From Squalus acanthias (Eukaryota): DNA of 64,000 nucleotides. Location: contig JASTWF010000288.1 in the NCBI GenBank assembly GCA_030390025.1, positions 372,001 through 436,000 on the forward strand, in the 5' to 3' direction. This document shows, one piece after another, positions 49,701 to 61,419 of the stretch. Position 1 is the first letter of the stretch. Each line of letters begins with the position of its first letter. A program made the translations under genes and the position numbers. Below the pieces are notes generated by a model. That model did not search any database. It was not told the DNA's origin and saw nothing but the letters and a program-made list of their open reading frames with translations.

Positions 49701-52700
49701 CTGTCTCTGCACTGGTTCCAGGCCCCCTACACACTGTCTCTGTACTGGTTCCAGGCCCCCTGTGCACACTGTCTCTGTACTGGTTCCAGGCCCCCTACAC
49801 ACTGTCTCTGTACTGGTTCCAGGCCCCCTACACACTGTCTCTGTACTGGTTCCAGGCCCCCTGCACACTGTCTCTGTACTGGTTCCAGGCCCCCTGCACA
49901 CTGTCTCTGCACTGGTTCCAGGCCCCCTGTGCACACTGTCTCTGTACTGGTTCCAGGCCCCTACACACTGTCTCTGCACTGGTTCCAGGCCCCCTGCACA
50001 CTGTCTCTGTACTGGTTCCAGGCCCCCTACACACTGTCTCTGTACTGGTTCCAGGCCCCCTGTACACTGTCTCTGTACTGGTTCCAGGCCCCCTGTGCAC
50101 ACTGTCTCTGTACTGGTTCCAGGCCCCCTGTCACACTGTCTCTGCACTGGTTCCAGGCCCCCTGTGCACACTGTCTCTGTACTGGTTCCAGGCCCCCTTG
50201 CACACTGTCTCTGTACTGGTTCCAGTCCCCTGCACACTGTCTCTGTACTGGTTCCAGGCCCCTGCACACTGTCTCTGAACTGGTTCCAGGCCCCCTGCAC
50301 ACTGTCTCTGTACTGGTTCCAGGCCCCCTGCACACTGTCTCTGTACTGGTTCCAGGCCTCCTGCACACTGTCTCTGTACTGGTTCCAGGCCCCCTACACA
50401 CTGTCTCTGTACTGGTTCCAGGCCCCCTGTACACTGTCTCTGTACTGGTTCCAGGCCCCCTGCACACTGTCTCTGTACTGGTTCCAGGCCCCCTGTACAC
50501 TGTCTCTGTACTGGTTCCAGGCCCCCTACACACTGTCTCTGTACTGGTTCCAGGCCCCCTGCACACTGTCTCTGTACTGGTTCCAGGCCCCCTGCACACT
50601 GTCTCTGTACTGGTTCCAGGCCCCCTGTCACACTGTCTCTGTACTGGTTCCAGGCCCCCTGTGCACACTGTCTCTGCACTGGTTCCAGGCCCCCTGCACA
50701 CTGTCTCTGCACTGGTTCCAGCCCCCTGCACACTGTCTCTGTACTGGTTCCAGGCCCCCTGCACACTGTCTCTGTACTGGTTCCAGGCCCCCTGCACACT
50801 GTCTCTGTACTGGTTCCAGGCCCCCTGCACACTGTCTCTGTACTGGTTCCAGGCCCCCTGCACACTGTCTCTGTACTGGTTCCAGGCCCCCTGCACACTG
50901 TCTCTGTACTGGTTCCAGGCCCCCTGTGCACTGTCTCTGCACTGGTTCCAGGCCCCCTGCACACTGTCTCTCTACTCGTTCCAGGCCCCCTACACACTGT
51001 CTCTGTACTGGTTCCAGGCCCCCTACACACTGTCTCTGCACTGGTTCCAGGCCCCCTGTGCACACTGTCTCTGTACTGGTTCCAGGCCCCCTGCACACTG
51101 TCTCTGTACTGGTTCCAGGCCCCCTGTGCACACTGTCTCTGTACTGGTTCCCAGCCCCCTGTGCACACTGTCTCTGTACTGGTTCCAGGCCCCCTGTGCA
51201 CACTGTCTCTGTACTGGTTCCAGGCCCCCTACACACTGTCTCTGCACTGGTTCCCAGCCCCCTGTGCACACTGTCTCTGTCTGGTTCCCAGCCCCCTGTG
51301 CACACTGTCTCTGCACTGTTTCCCAGCCCCCTGTGCACACTGTCTCTGCACTGGTTCCAGGCAGCCTGTACACTGTCTCTGTACTGGTTCCAGGCCCCCT
51401 GCGCACTGTCTCTGTACTGGTTCCAGGACCCCTGTACGCTGTCTCTGTACTGGTTCCAGGCCCCCTGTGCACACTGTCTATGTACTGGTTCCAGGCCCCC
51501 TGTGCACACTGTCTCTGTACTGGTTCCATGCCCCCTACACACTGTCTCTGTACTGGTTCCAGGCCCCCTGTGCACTGTCTCTGTACTGGTTCCAGGCCCC
51601 CTACACACTGTCTCTGTACTGGTTCCAGGCCCCCTACACACTGTCTCTGTACTGGTTCCAGGCCCCCTGCACACTGTCTCTGCACTGGTTCCAGGCCCCC
51701 TACACACTGTCTCTGAACTGGTTCCAGGCCTCCTGTACACTGTCTCTGTACTGGTTCCAGGCCTCCTGTACACTGTCTCTGTACTGGTTCCAGGCCCTCT
51801 GCACACTGTCTCTGTACTGGTTCCAGGCCCCCTGCACACTGTCTCTTCACTGGTTCCAGGCCCCCTACACACCGTCTCTGTACTGTTTCCCAGCCCCCTG
51901 TGCACACTGTCTCTGCACTGGTTCCAGGCCCCCTACACACTGTCTCTGTACTGGTTCCAGGCCCCCGACACACTGTCTCTGTGCTGGTTCCAGACCCCTG
52001 CACACTGTCTCTGTGCTGGTTCCAGGCCCCCTGCACACTGTCTCTGCACTGGTTCCAGGCCCCCTGTGCACACTGTCTCTGTACTGGTTCCAGGCCCTCT
52101 ACACACTGTCTCTGCACTGGTTCCAGGCCCGCTACACCCTGTCTCTGAACAGGTTCCAGGCCCCCTACACACTGTCTTTGTACTGGTTCCAGGCCTCCTG
52201 TACACTGTCTCTGTACTGGTTCCAGGCCTCCTGTTCACTGTCTCTGTCCTGGTTGCAGGCTCCCTGTGCACACTGTCTCTGCACTGGTTCCAGGCCCCCT
52301 GTGCACACTGTCTCTGTACTGGTTCCAGGCCCCCTACACACTGTCTCTGTGCTGATTACAGTCCCCTGCACACTGTCTCTGTACTGGTTCCAGGCCCTCT
52401 ACACCCTGTCTCTGAACAGGTTCCAGGCCCCCTGCACACTGTCTCTGTACTGGTTCCAGGCCTCCTTTACACTGTCTCTGTACTGGTTCCAGGCCTCCTG
52501 TACACTGTCTCTGTACTGGTTCCAGGCCTCCTGTACACAGTCTCTGTACTGGTTCCAGGCCCCCTGTACACTGTCTGTGTACTGGTTCCAGGCCCCCTGC
52601 ACACTGTCTCTGTCCTCGTTCCAGGCCCCCTGTACACTGTCTCTGCACTGGTTCCAGGCCTCCTACACACTGTCTTTGCACTGGTTCCAGGACCCCTGCA

Positions 52701-55700
52701 CTCTATCTCTGTACTGGTTCCAGGCCCCCTGCACACTGTCTCTGTACTGGTTCCAGGCCCCCTGTACACTGTCTCTGCACTGGTTCCAGGCCCCCTGTGC
52801 ACACTGTCTCTGCACTGGTTCCAGGCCCCCTACACACTGTCTCTGCACTGGTTCCCAGCCCCCTGTGCACACTGTCTCTCCACTGGTTCCCAGCAACCTG
52901 TGCACACTGTCTCTGCACTGGTTCCAGTCCCCCTGCACACTGTCTCTGCACTGGTTCCAGGCCTCCTACACACTGTCTTTGCACTGGTTCCAGGACCCCT
53001 GCACTCTATCTCTGTACTGGTTCCAGGCCCCCTGCACACTGTCTCTGTACTGGTTCCAGGCCCCCTGTGCACTGTCTCTGCACTGGTTCCAGGCCCCCTG
53101 CACACTGTCTCTCTACTCGTTCCAGGCCCCCTACACACTGTCTCTGTACTGGTTCCAGGCCCCCTACACACTGTCTCTGCATTGGTTCCAGGCCCGCTGT
53201 GCACACTGTCTCTGTACTGGTTCCAGGCCCCCTGCACACTGTATCTGTACTGGTTCCAGGCCCCCTGTGCACACTGTCTCTGTACTGGTTCCCAGCCCCC
53301 TGTGCACACTGTCTCTGTACTGGTTCCAGGCCCCCTGTGCACACTGTCTCTGTACTGGTTCCAGGCCCCCTACACACTGTCTCTGCACTGGTTCCCAGCC
53401 CCCTGTGCACACTGTCTCTGTCTGGTTCCCAGCCCCCTGTGCACACTGTCTCTGCACTGTTTCCCAGCCCCCTGTGCACACTGTCTCTGCACTGGTTCCA
53501 GGCAGCCTGTACACTGTCTCTGTACTGGTTCCAGGCCCCCTGCGCACTGTCTCTGTACTGGTTCCAGGACCCCTGTACGCTGTCTCTGTACTGGTTCCAG
53601 GCCCCCTGTGCACACTGTCTATGTACTGGTTCCAGGCCCCCTGTGCACACTGTCTCTGTACTGGTTCCATGCCCCCTACACACTGTCTCTGTACTGGTTC
53701 CAGGCCCCCTGTGCACTGTCTCTGTACTGGTTCCAGGCCCCCTACACACTGTCTCTGTACTGGTTCCAGGCCCCCTACACACTGTCTCTGTACTGGTTCC
53801 AGGCCCCCTGCACACTGTCTCTGCACTGGTTCCAGGCCCCCTACACACTGTCTCTGAACTGGTTCCAGGCCTCCTGTACACTGTCTCTGTACTGGTTCCA
53901 GGCCTCCTGTACACTGTCTCTGTACTGGTTCCAGGCCCTCTGCACACTGTCTCTGTACTGGTTCCAGGCCCCCTGCACACTGTCTCTTCACTGGTTCCAG
54001 GCCCCCTACACACCGTCTCTGTACTGTTTCCCAGCCCCCTGTGCACACTGTCTCTGCACTGGTTCCAGGCCCCCTACACACTGTCTCTGTACTGGTTCCA
54101 GGCCCCCGACACACTGTCTCTGTGCTGGTTCCAGGCCCCCTGCACACTGTCTCTGTGCTGGTTCCAGGCCCCCTGCACACTGTCTCTGCACTGGTTCCAG
54201 GCCCCCTGTGCACACTGTCTCTGTACTGGTTCCAGGCCCTCTACACACTGTCTCTGCACTGGTTCCAGGCCCGCTACACCCTGTCTCTGAACAGGTTCCA
54301 GGCCCCCTACACACTGTCTTTGTACTGGTTCCAGGCCTCCTGTACACTGTCTCTGTACTGGTTCCAGGCCTCCTGTTCACTGTCTCTGTCCTGGTTCCAG
54401 GCTCCCTGTGCACACTGTCTCTGCACTGGTTCCAGGCCCCCTGTGCACACTGTCTCTGTACTGGTTCCAGGCCCCCTACACACTGTCTCTGTGCTGATTA
54501 CAGTCCCCTGCACACTGTCTCTGTACTGGTTCCAGGCCCTCTACACCCTGTCTCTGAACAGGTTCCAGGCCCCCTGCACACTGTCTCTGTACTGGTTCCA
54601 GGCCTCCTTTACACTGTCTCTGTACTGGTTCCAGGCCTCCTGTACACTGTCTCTGTACTGGTTCCAGGCCTCCTGTACACAGTCTCTGTACTGGTTCCAG
54701 GCCCCCTGTACACTGTCTGTGTACTGGTTCCAGGCCCCCTGCACACTGTCTCTGTACTGGTTGCAGGCCCCCTACACACTGCCTCTGCACTGGTTCCAGG
54801 CCCCCTACACACCGTCTCTGTACTGTTTCCCAGCCCCCTGTACACACTGTCCCTGCACTGGTTCATGGCCCCCTGTGCACACTGTCTCTGCACTGGTTCC
54901 AGGCCCCCTGTGCACACTGTCTCTGCACTGGTTCCAGGCCCCCTGTGCACTGTCTCTGTACTGGTTCCAGGCCCCCTACACACTGTCTCTGTACTGGTTT
55001 CAGGTCCCCTGTGCACTGTCTCTGTACTGGTTCCAGGCCCCCTACACACTGTCTCTGTACAGGATTCAGGCCCCCTTTACACTGTCACTGTCGTGGTTCC
55101 AGGCCCACTACACACTGTCTCTGCACTGGTTCACGGCCCCCTGTGCACACTGTCTCTGCACTGGTTCCAGGCCCCCTGCGCACTGTCTCTGTACTGGTTC
55201 CAGGCCCCCTACACACTGTCTCTGCACTGATTCCAGGCCCCCTGTACACTGTCTCTGTACTGATTCCAGGCCCCCTGTACACTGTCTCTGTACTGGTTCC
55301 AGGCCCCCTACACACTGTCTCTGTACTGATTCCCCGCCCCCTGTACACTGTCTTTGTACTGGTTCCAGGCCCCCTGCGCACTGAATCTGTACTGGTTCCA
55401 GGCCCCCTGTGTACACTGTCTCTGTAATGGTTCCAGGCCCCCTGCACACTGTCTCTGCACTGGTTCCAGGCCCCCAGAGCACACTGTCTCTGCACTGGTT
55501 CCAGGCCCCCTGTGCACACTGTCTCTGTACTGGTTCCAGGCCCCCTACACACTGTCCCTGCACTGGTTCCAGGCCCCCTGTGCACTGTCTCTGTACTGGT
55601 TCCAGGCCTCCTACACACTGTCTCTGTACTGGTTCCAGTCCCCCTACACACTGTCTCTGCACTGGTTCCAGGCCCCCTGTGCACTGTCTCTGTACTGGTT

Positions 55701-56135
55701 CCAGGCCCCCTGTGCACACTGTCCCTGTACTGGTTCCAGGCCCCCTGCGCACTGTCTCTGTCCTGGTTCCAGGCCCCCTGTACACTGTCTCTGCACTGGT
55801 TCCAGGCCTCCTACACACTTTCTTTGTACTGGTTCCAGGACCCCTGCACTCTGTCTCTGTACTGGTTCCAGGCCCCCTGCACACTGTCTCTGTACTGGTT
55901 CCAGGCCTCCTGTGCACACTGTCTCTGCACTGGTTCCCGGCCCCCTGCACACTGTCTCTGTATTGGTTCCAGGCCTCCTGTGCACACTGTCTCTGTACTG
56001 GTTCCCGGCCCCCTGCACACTGTCTCTGTACTGGTTCCAGGCCTCCTGTGCACACTGTCTCTGTACTGGTTCCAGTCCACCTGTGCACACTGTCCCTGCA
56101 CTGGTTCCCAGCCCCCTGTGCACTGTCTCTGCATT
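34781..56135. repeat. 21.3-kb 33-bp minisatellite CACACTGTCTCTGTACTGGTTCCAGGCCCCCTG (35-bp and 32-bp variants), in MHC intron 2
   Basis: About 640 units; degenerate edges; higher-order duplications. Confidence 0.99.
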
Positions 56136-56344
56136 GGAGAACACCAAGGACCCCAGGCATACAGTAGGCCTCATGCCTCCAGCTTAATTTCCTTAGGAGT
56201 GGCACCCAAGGCTCCTTAATGCCCACCATCGTATTCTCATGCCCAATAGTCTGAATCTGGCCCAACCGATCATCTCTACAGGTGCAACATTCATTCTTCA
56301 TTACGAGTTTGGTGATTCTTTTCCGAATGTTCATTCTCTTTCAG

Positions 56345-56620
56345 GCCCCCACCTATTTCAGTGGATGAAGAAGGTCGAGGTAAACGATGATGTCCTTGTG
56401 AAGTGGGACGTACTCTTCCGGTTCGATGGCAAGGATTTCATTCGCCTGGACCAGCAGACCATGAACTGGGTCGTGGTGAGATCTGAAGCTCAGAGCTTAG
56501 AGAGACAGTTTACCAAAGAGCCAGACTGGAGAAACACCTGGAGGGAAAATCTCGAACACACCGTGGTCGTTGGATTGAACGATCTGCTTCAGAAAGGCAA
56601 ACAGTTTGTGGAAAGAAAGA
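56345..56620 (+). CDS. MHC class I-like heavy chain exon 3, alpha2 domain: GPHLFQWMKKVEVNDDVLVKWDVLFRFDGKDFIRLDQQTMNWVVVRSEAQSLERQFTKEPDWRNTWRENLEHTVVVGLNDLLQKGKQFVERK
   Basis: TTCATTCTCTTTCAG acceptor; 276 nt (canonical alpha2 exon size), phase 1-1; donor A|GTACGT; motifs G.H..QWM, FDGKDFI.LD..T..W, LL..GK...ERK. Confidence 0.93.
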
Positions 56621-56630
56621 GTACGTTTGG

Positions 56631-57250
56631 TTATAGGAACAGGAGGAGGCCATTCAGCCCATCGAGCTAGCTCCACCATTCAATTATATCACGGCTGATC
56701 TGTATCTTAACTCTATCTACCCACCTTGGTTCCATAACCCTTGGTACCCTTGACTAACAAAAATCTATCAATTTCAGTTTTGAAATTTTCAATTGACCCC
56801 CCCCCAGCCGCAACAGCTTTTTGCGGGGGAGTGTTCCAGATTTCCACGACCCTTTGTGTGAAGAAGTGCTTCCTGACATCACCCCTGAACGGCCTGGCTC
56901 TGATTTTAAGGTTATGTCCCCTTGCTGTGGACTCCCCCCACCAGAGGCAATAGTTTCTCCCCATCTACCCTATCAACTCCTTTAATCATCTTACACACCT
57001 CAATTAGATCACCCTTTAATCTTCTATATTCAAGGGAATAGAAGCCTAGTCTGTGCAACCTGTCCTCATAATTGAGCCCTTTTAGCTCCGGTGTCATTCT
57101 GGTGAATGTGCGCTGCACCCACTCCAAGGCCAGTATATCCTTCCTGAGATGCGGTGCCCAGAACTGAATGCAGTTCTCCAGGTGGGGTCTAACCAGAGCT
57201 CTGTCCAGCTCCAACATCTCTTCCACCCTCCAGCCCTCTTGAGATAATTC
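56631..57250 (-). mobile_element. CR1 LINE 3' fragment
   Basis: RALVRPHLE.C.QFW, RLKGDLIE and FFTQRVV on minus strand. Confidence 0.9.
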
Positions 57251-57674
57251 TGTTCGTTCGGATCATTTGTGGATACGGATTCGGCGAAGGGACAGAAAGC
57301 AGAGAGTAGTGGTGAATGTATGTTTATCAGACTGGGGGGAAGTATACAGTGGTGAGCCCCAGAGGTCGGTATTGTGACCACTGCTGATTTTGATATATAT
57401 TAATGCCCTGGATTTTGAGATACAGGGCATCATTTCAAAGATTGCAATTGACATGAAACTCGAAAAAGTAGTAAAGAGTGAGGAGGTTAGTAACAAACCT
57501 CAGGAGCAGCGAGAAAGACTGGTCAAATAGGCAGACACATGGCAGATGATACTTACTGCTGACAAGTATGAAGTGATGCATTTTGGAAGGAAGAAGTCTT
57601 TGAAGGGAACAGCGCAAGTTGAGAAGGCTGATAAAAAAACTTACGAGATGCTTGGCTTTATTGATAGAGGCATA

Positions 57675-58447
57675 GGGCTGGATTTTGTCTTGGGGTCGGG
57701 TTGGGGTCGTGTTATCCGCATTTCGTGTTCCCCCCCGACTCCAGATTAATGTGGATGAATGATGCAATTTTCACTTAATTGGGTAATTGAGTTCCAGCAT
57801 GTGGGAACCCATGAACTAATTAGTGTTTTCAGTCTGAAAGTCACCTCTGATGATGTCATCATTGCTGACTGCCTAGTCTCAGAGACTGTTGGTGAGAGAG
57901 GACCTGCGTGGCTTGCTTTTGATGTGAGTGGACCTGGATGCAAATATGGGGGGGAGAGAGAGAGAGAGAGAGAGAATTAGAATTAGAATTTTTTTGCATC
58001 CAAGTCCTCTCACAGCAAAGGCCAGGCAGTCTCTGAACACATTCAATGCAGCAGCATCAGAGGCGACTTTCAGACCTAATACTACTACTACCTTCATCAC
58101 ATCTCCGTTGTAATAGTGGACCTGCAGCTGATAGTCAGCTATCCACTTGTGCTCCCACCAGGTTTCACTGGAGTGTTTCACACCAGGCGTATTTCACGTC
58201 AGAAAAGGGTTAAACTAGCTAAAACGTTTCAAAATGGCATTACAGAGCCAATTTAGGGCTTGTTAAGGGCTTTAATGGCCTTTCCGCCTCTTGGAGGCGG
58301 GACGGAGTTGGCAACCCCGCGACTGATTTTGTCAAAATTGCGTGGAGACGGGATGGAGTCGGGATGGGGTCGGGACCCCCGACTCCACAAATTTAACCCC
58401 CCACACGCCTCCAAACCCGACTCCATGGGTCATTCAAAATCCAGCCC
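57675..58447. mobile_element. PIF/Harbinger-type MITE (773 bp)
   Basis: Perfect 13-bp TIR GGGCTGGATTTTG / CAAAATCCAGCCC; 3-bp TSD ATA. Confidence 0.88.
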
Positions 58448-58640
58448 ATAGAGTACAAAAGCAAGGAAATAATGCTAAACCTTCCTAAATCACTGGTTAC
58501 GCCTCACCTGGAGTGCTGTGTTCAATTCTGGGCGCCACATTTTAGGAAGGATGTCAAGGCCTTGCAGGGATGAGAGACTTCAGTTATGTGGAGAGACTAT
58601 AAAAGCTGGGGTTGTGCTCTTTAGAGCAGAGAAGGTTAAG

Positions 58641-60986
58641 GGCCTCAGCTTCATTCCACGTCAGTGAATTTCGAGCTCGGCATGATGCTGAGCTCTTCTT
58701 CCACCACCTTCTTCTCCCTGCCCACTTATTTGACCAGGAGTCTTCCCCCCCACACAGCGGACCCATCTTCAGAATTCTCGTTCTACCTGGACCTCTCCCT
58801 CTGGCCTCTTACCCTCTCTGGATCTTTTCATTACGAACAGCCGGTGTGACATCAGCCGTCTCAATTTCTCTGCTCCCCTCACTCACTCCAACCTACCTCC
58901 CTCTGAACTTGCAACGCTCCGTTCTCTCTGATCCAACCACAACATTGTCATTAAGCCTGCTGACAAGGGTGGTGCTGTTGTTGTTTGGCGAACCGAGCTC
59001 TACCGTGCGGAGGCTAAACGCCAACTCTCTGACACCTCCTCCTACCTCCCCCTGGACCATGACCCCACTACCGAACATCAAGCCATTGTTTCCAAGACTG
59101 TCACTGACCTCATCTCATCTGGAGATCTTCCCTCCACGGCTGCCAACCTCATAGTTCACCCAACCCCGCACAGCCCGCTTCTCCCTCCTTCCCAAGATCC
59201 ACAAACAGGACTGCCCAGGTAGACCCATCGTTTCGGCCTGTTCTTGCCCCACGGAACTGATTTCTTCCTATCTCGACACTATTTTTTCTCCCCTTGCCCA
59301 GTCCCTTCCCACTTACATCCGTGACTCTTCCAACACCCTCCGCCACTTTAACAGTTTCTAGTTTCCTCACACTTACCGTCTCCTCTTCACTATGGACGTC
59401 CACCCGCTCTACACCTCCATCCCCGACCAGGATGGCCTGAGGGCGCTCCGCTTCTTCCTTGAACAGAGGCCCAACCAGTCCTCATCCACCACCACCCTCC
59501 TCTGCCTGGCTGAACTTGTTCTCACATTGACCAACTTCTCCTTTGACTCCACTCACTTCCTCCAAATTTAAAGGTGTTGCTATGGGAACCCGCATGGGTC
59601 CTAGCTATGCCTGCCTTTTCGTGGGATATGTGGAACATTCTTTGTTCCAGTCCTACTCAGGTCCCCTCCCTCACCTCTTTTTCCGGTACATTGACGACTG
59701 TATCGGTGCCGTTTCCTGCTCTCGCCCTGAACTGGAAAATTTCATCAACTTTGCTTCCAATTTCCACCCTTCCCTCACCTTCACATGGTCCATCTCTGAC
59801 TCTACCCTTCCCTTCCTCAACTTCTCCGTCTCCATCTCTGGGGATAGGTTATTGACAAACATTTACTACAAGCCCACTGACTCCCACAGCTACCTGGACT
59901 ACACTTCCTCCCACCCCGCCTCCTGTAAGGACTCTATTCCATTCTCCCAGTTTCTTCATCTCTGTTGCCTCTGCTCTGACGATGCCACCTTCCATACCAG
60001 TGCTTCCGAGATGTCTTCCTTTTTCCTCAACCGAGGATTCCCCTCTACCGTGGATGACATGGCCTTCGACCGTTTCTGTTCTATCTCCCGCACTTCTGCT
60101 CTCACCTCTTCCCCTCCCTCCCGGAACCACGATAGAGTTCCACTTGTCCTCACCTTTCACCCCGCCAGCTTCCACATTCAACGGATCATCCTCCGCCATT
60201 TCCGCCACCTCCAGCGTGATCCCAGCACCAAACACATCTTCCCCCTCACCTCTCCTTTCAGCATTCCGAAGGGACCGCTCCCTCTGCGACACCCCAGTCC
60301 ACTCCTCTACCACCCCTAACACCCCTTCCCCTTTGCCTGGCACCTTCCCGTGCAAGCGCAGGAGATGCAACACCTGCCCTTTTACCTCCCCCCTCCCCAG
60401 TGTCCAGGGCCCCAAACATCCCTGCCAGGTGAAGCAGTGATTTACTTGTACTTCTTGCAATCTAGTATACTGTATTCGCTGCTCACGATGTGGTCTCCTC
60501 TACATTGGGGAGTCCAAACGTAGATTGGGTGACCGCTTTGCGGAACACCTCCGTTCAGTCCGTAAGGGTGACCCCGAGCTTCCGGTCGCCTGTCACTTTA
60601 ATTCTCCGCTCCACTCTGACCTCTTTGTCTTCAGCCTCCTCCATTGTTCCAACGAAGCTCAACGTAAGCTCGAGGAACAGCACCTCATCTTTCGATGATG
60701 CACCTTCTGCTTCTTCTTCTTACAGCCCCCCGGACTCAACATTCAGTTCAACAATTGATCATATCCATTGTTTAGTGCAGCAGCCGTTGGTAATGATTCT
60801 GCCATTGCCACTTACACCTCCTCCAGACCCACCTTTTTGTTTCTTTACGTCTCCCATTACCATCTCCTTTTGCCTTGCACCGTCATCCCTTTCGTCATTT
60901 AAGCACTCCTGGCCTGCTGAGTACTTCCAGCATTTTCTGTTTTTATTTCAGATTTTCAGCATCTGCAGTATTTTGCTTTTGTATTG
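58641..60986 (+). mobile_element. Penelope-like retroelement (RT + GIY-YIG endonuclease), frameshifted
   Basis: KPADKGG, LPKIHK, GVAMGTRMGP, FRYIDD, Cys linker CKRRRCNTC, VYCIRC..CGLLYIGESKRRLGDRFAEH. Confidence 0.9.
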
Positions 60987-61419
60987 AGGTGAAGAGGAGA
61001 TTTGACAGAGGCGTTCAATATCATGAACCGTTTTGATAGAGTAAATAAAACAGAAATTCTTTCCAGTGGCTGAAGGGTCGGTAACCAGAGGACACAGATT
61101 TAAGGTGATTGGCAAAATAGCCGGAGCTGACATGAGGAAACATTATTTCACACAGCGAGTTGTTGTGATCTGGAATGCGCTGCCTGAAAGGGCGGTGGAA
61201 GCAGATTCAGTAATAACTTTCAAATGGGAATTGGATAAATACTTGAAGGGGAGAAATTTGCAGGGCTATGGGGAAAGAGCAGGGGAGTGGGACTAATTGG
61301 AGAGCTCTTTCAAAGAGCCGGCCCAGGCACGATGGGCCGAATAGCCTCCTCCTGTGCTGTATCATTCTATGATTTATTTTGGTGATCAAAAACTTCACTC
61401 ACACCTTGTGATACAATTA

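Larger units (their letters stand above)
57280..61372 (+). mobile_element. Old CR1 3' half, split by a MITE and a Penelope-like element
   Basis: Pieces 57280-57674, 58448-58640 and 60987-61372 are collinear with CR1 ORF2; tail ATTCTATGATT. Confidence 0.8.

Noticed and set aside
25068-56135. Common origin of the 67-bp and 33-bp repeats (67 is about 2x33)
   Set aside because: Only short shared words (ACACTGTC, CCAGG); no convincing full-length alignment by eye
34643-56334. Giant ORFs (up to 2889 aa) as mucin-like or Cys-rich protein genes
   Set aside because: Products of a stop-free 33-bp repeat open in all six frames with constant frame switching; they lie inside an intron
33100-56620. Classical UAA, class II or CD1 assignment
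   Set aside because: Peptide-anchor residues and alpha2 cysteines are absent; alpha1 followed by alpha2 on one chain excludes class II; no evidence to name a specific lineage, so no gene symbol is given
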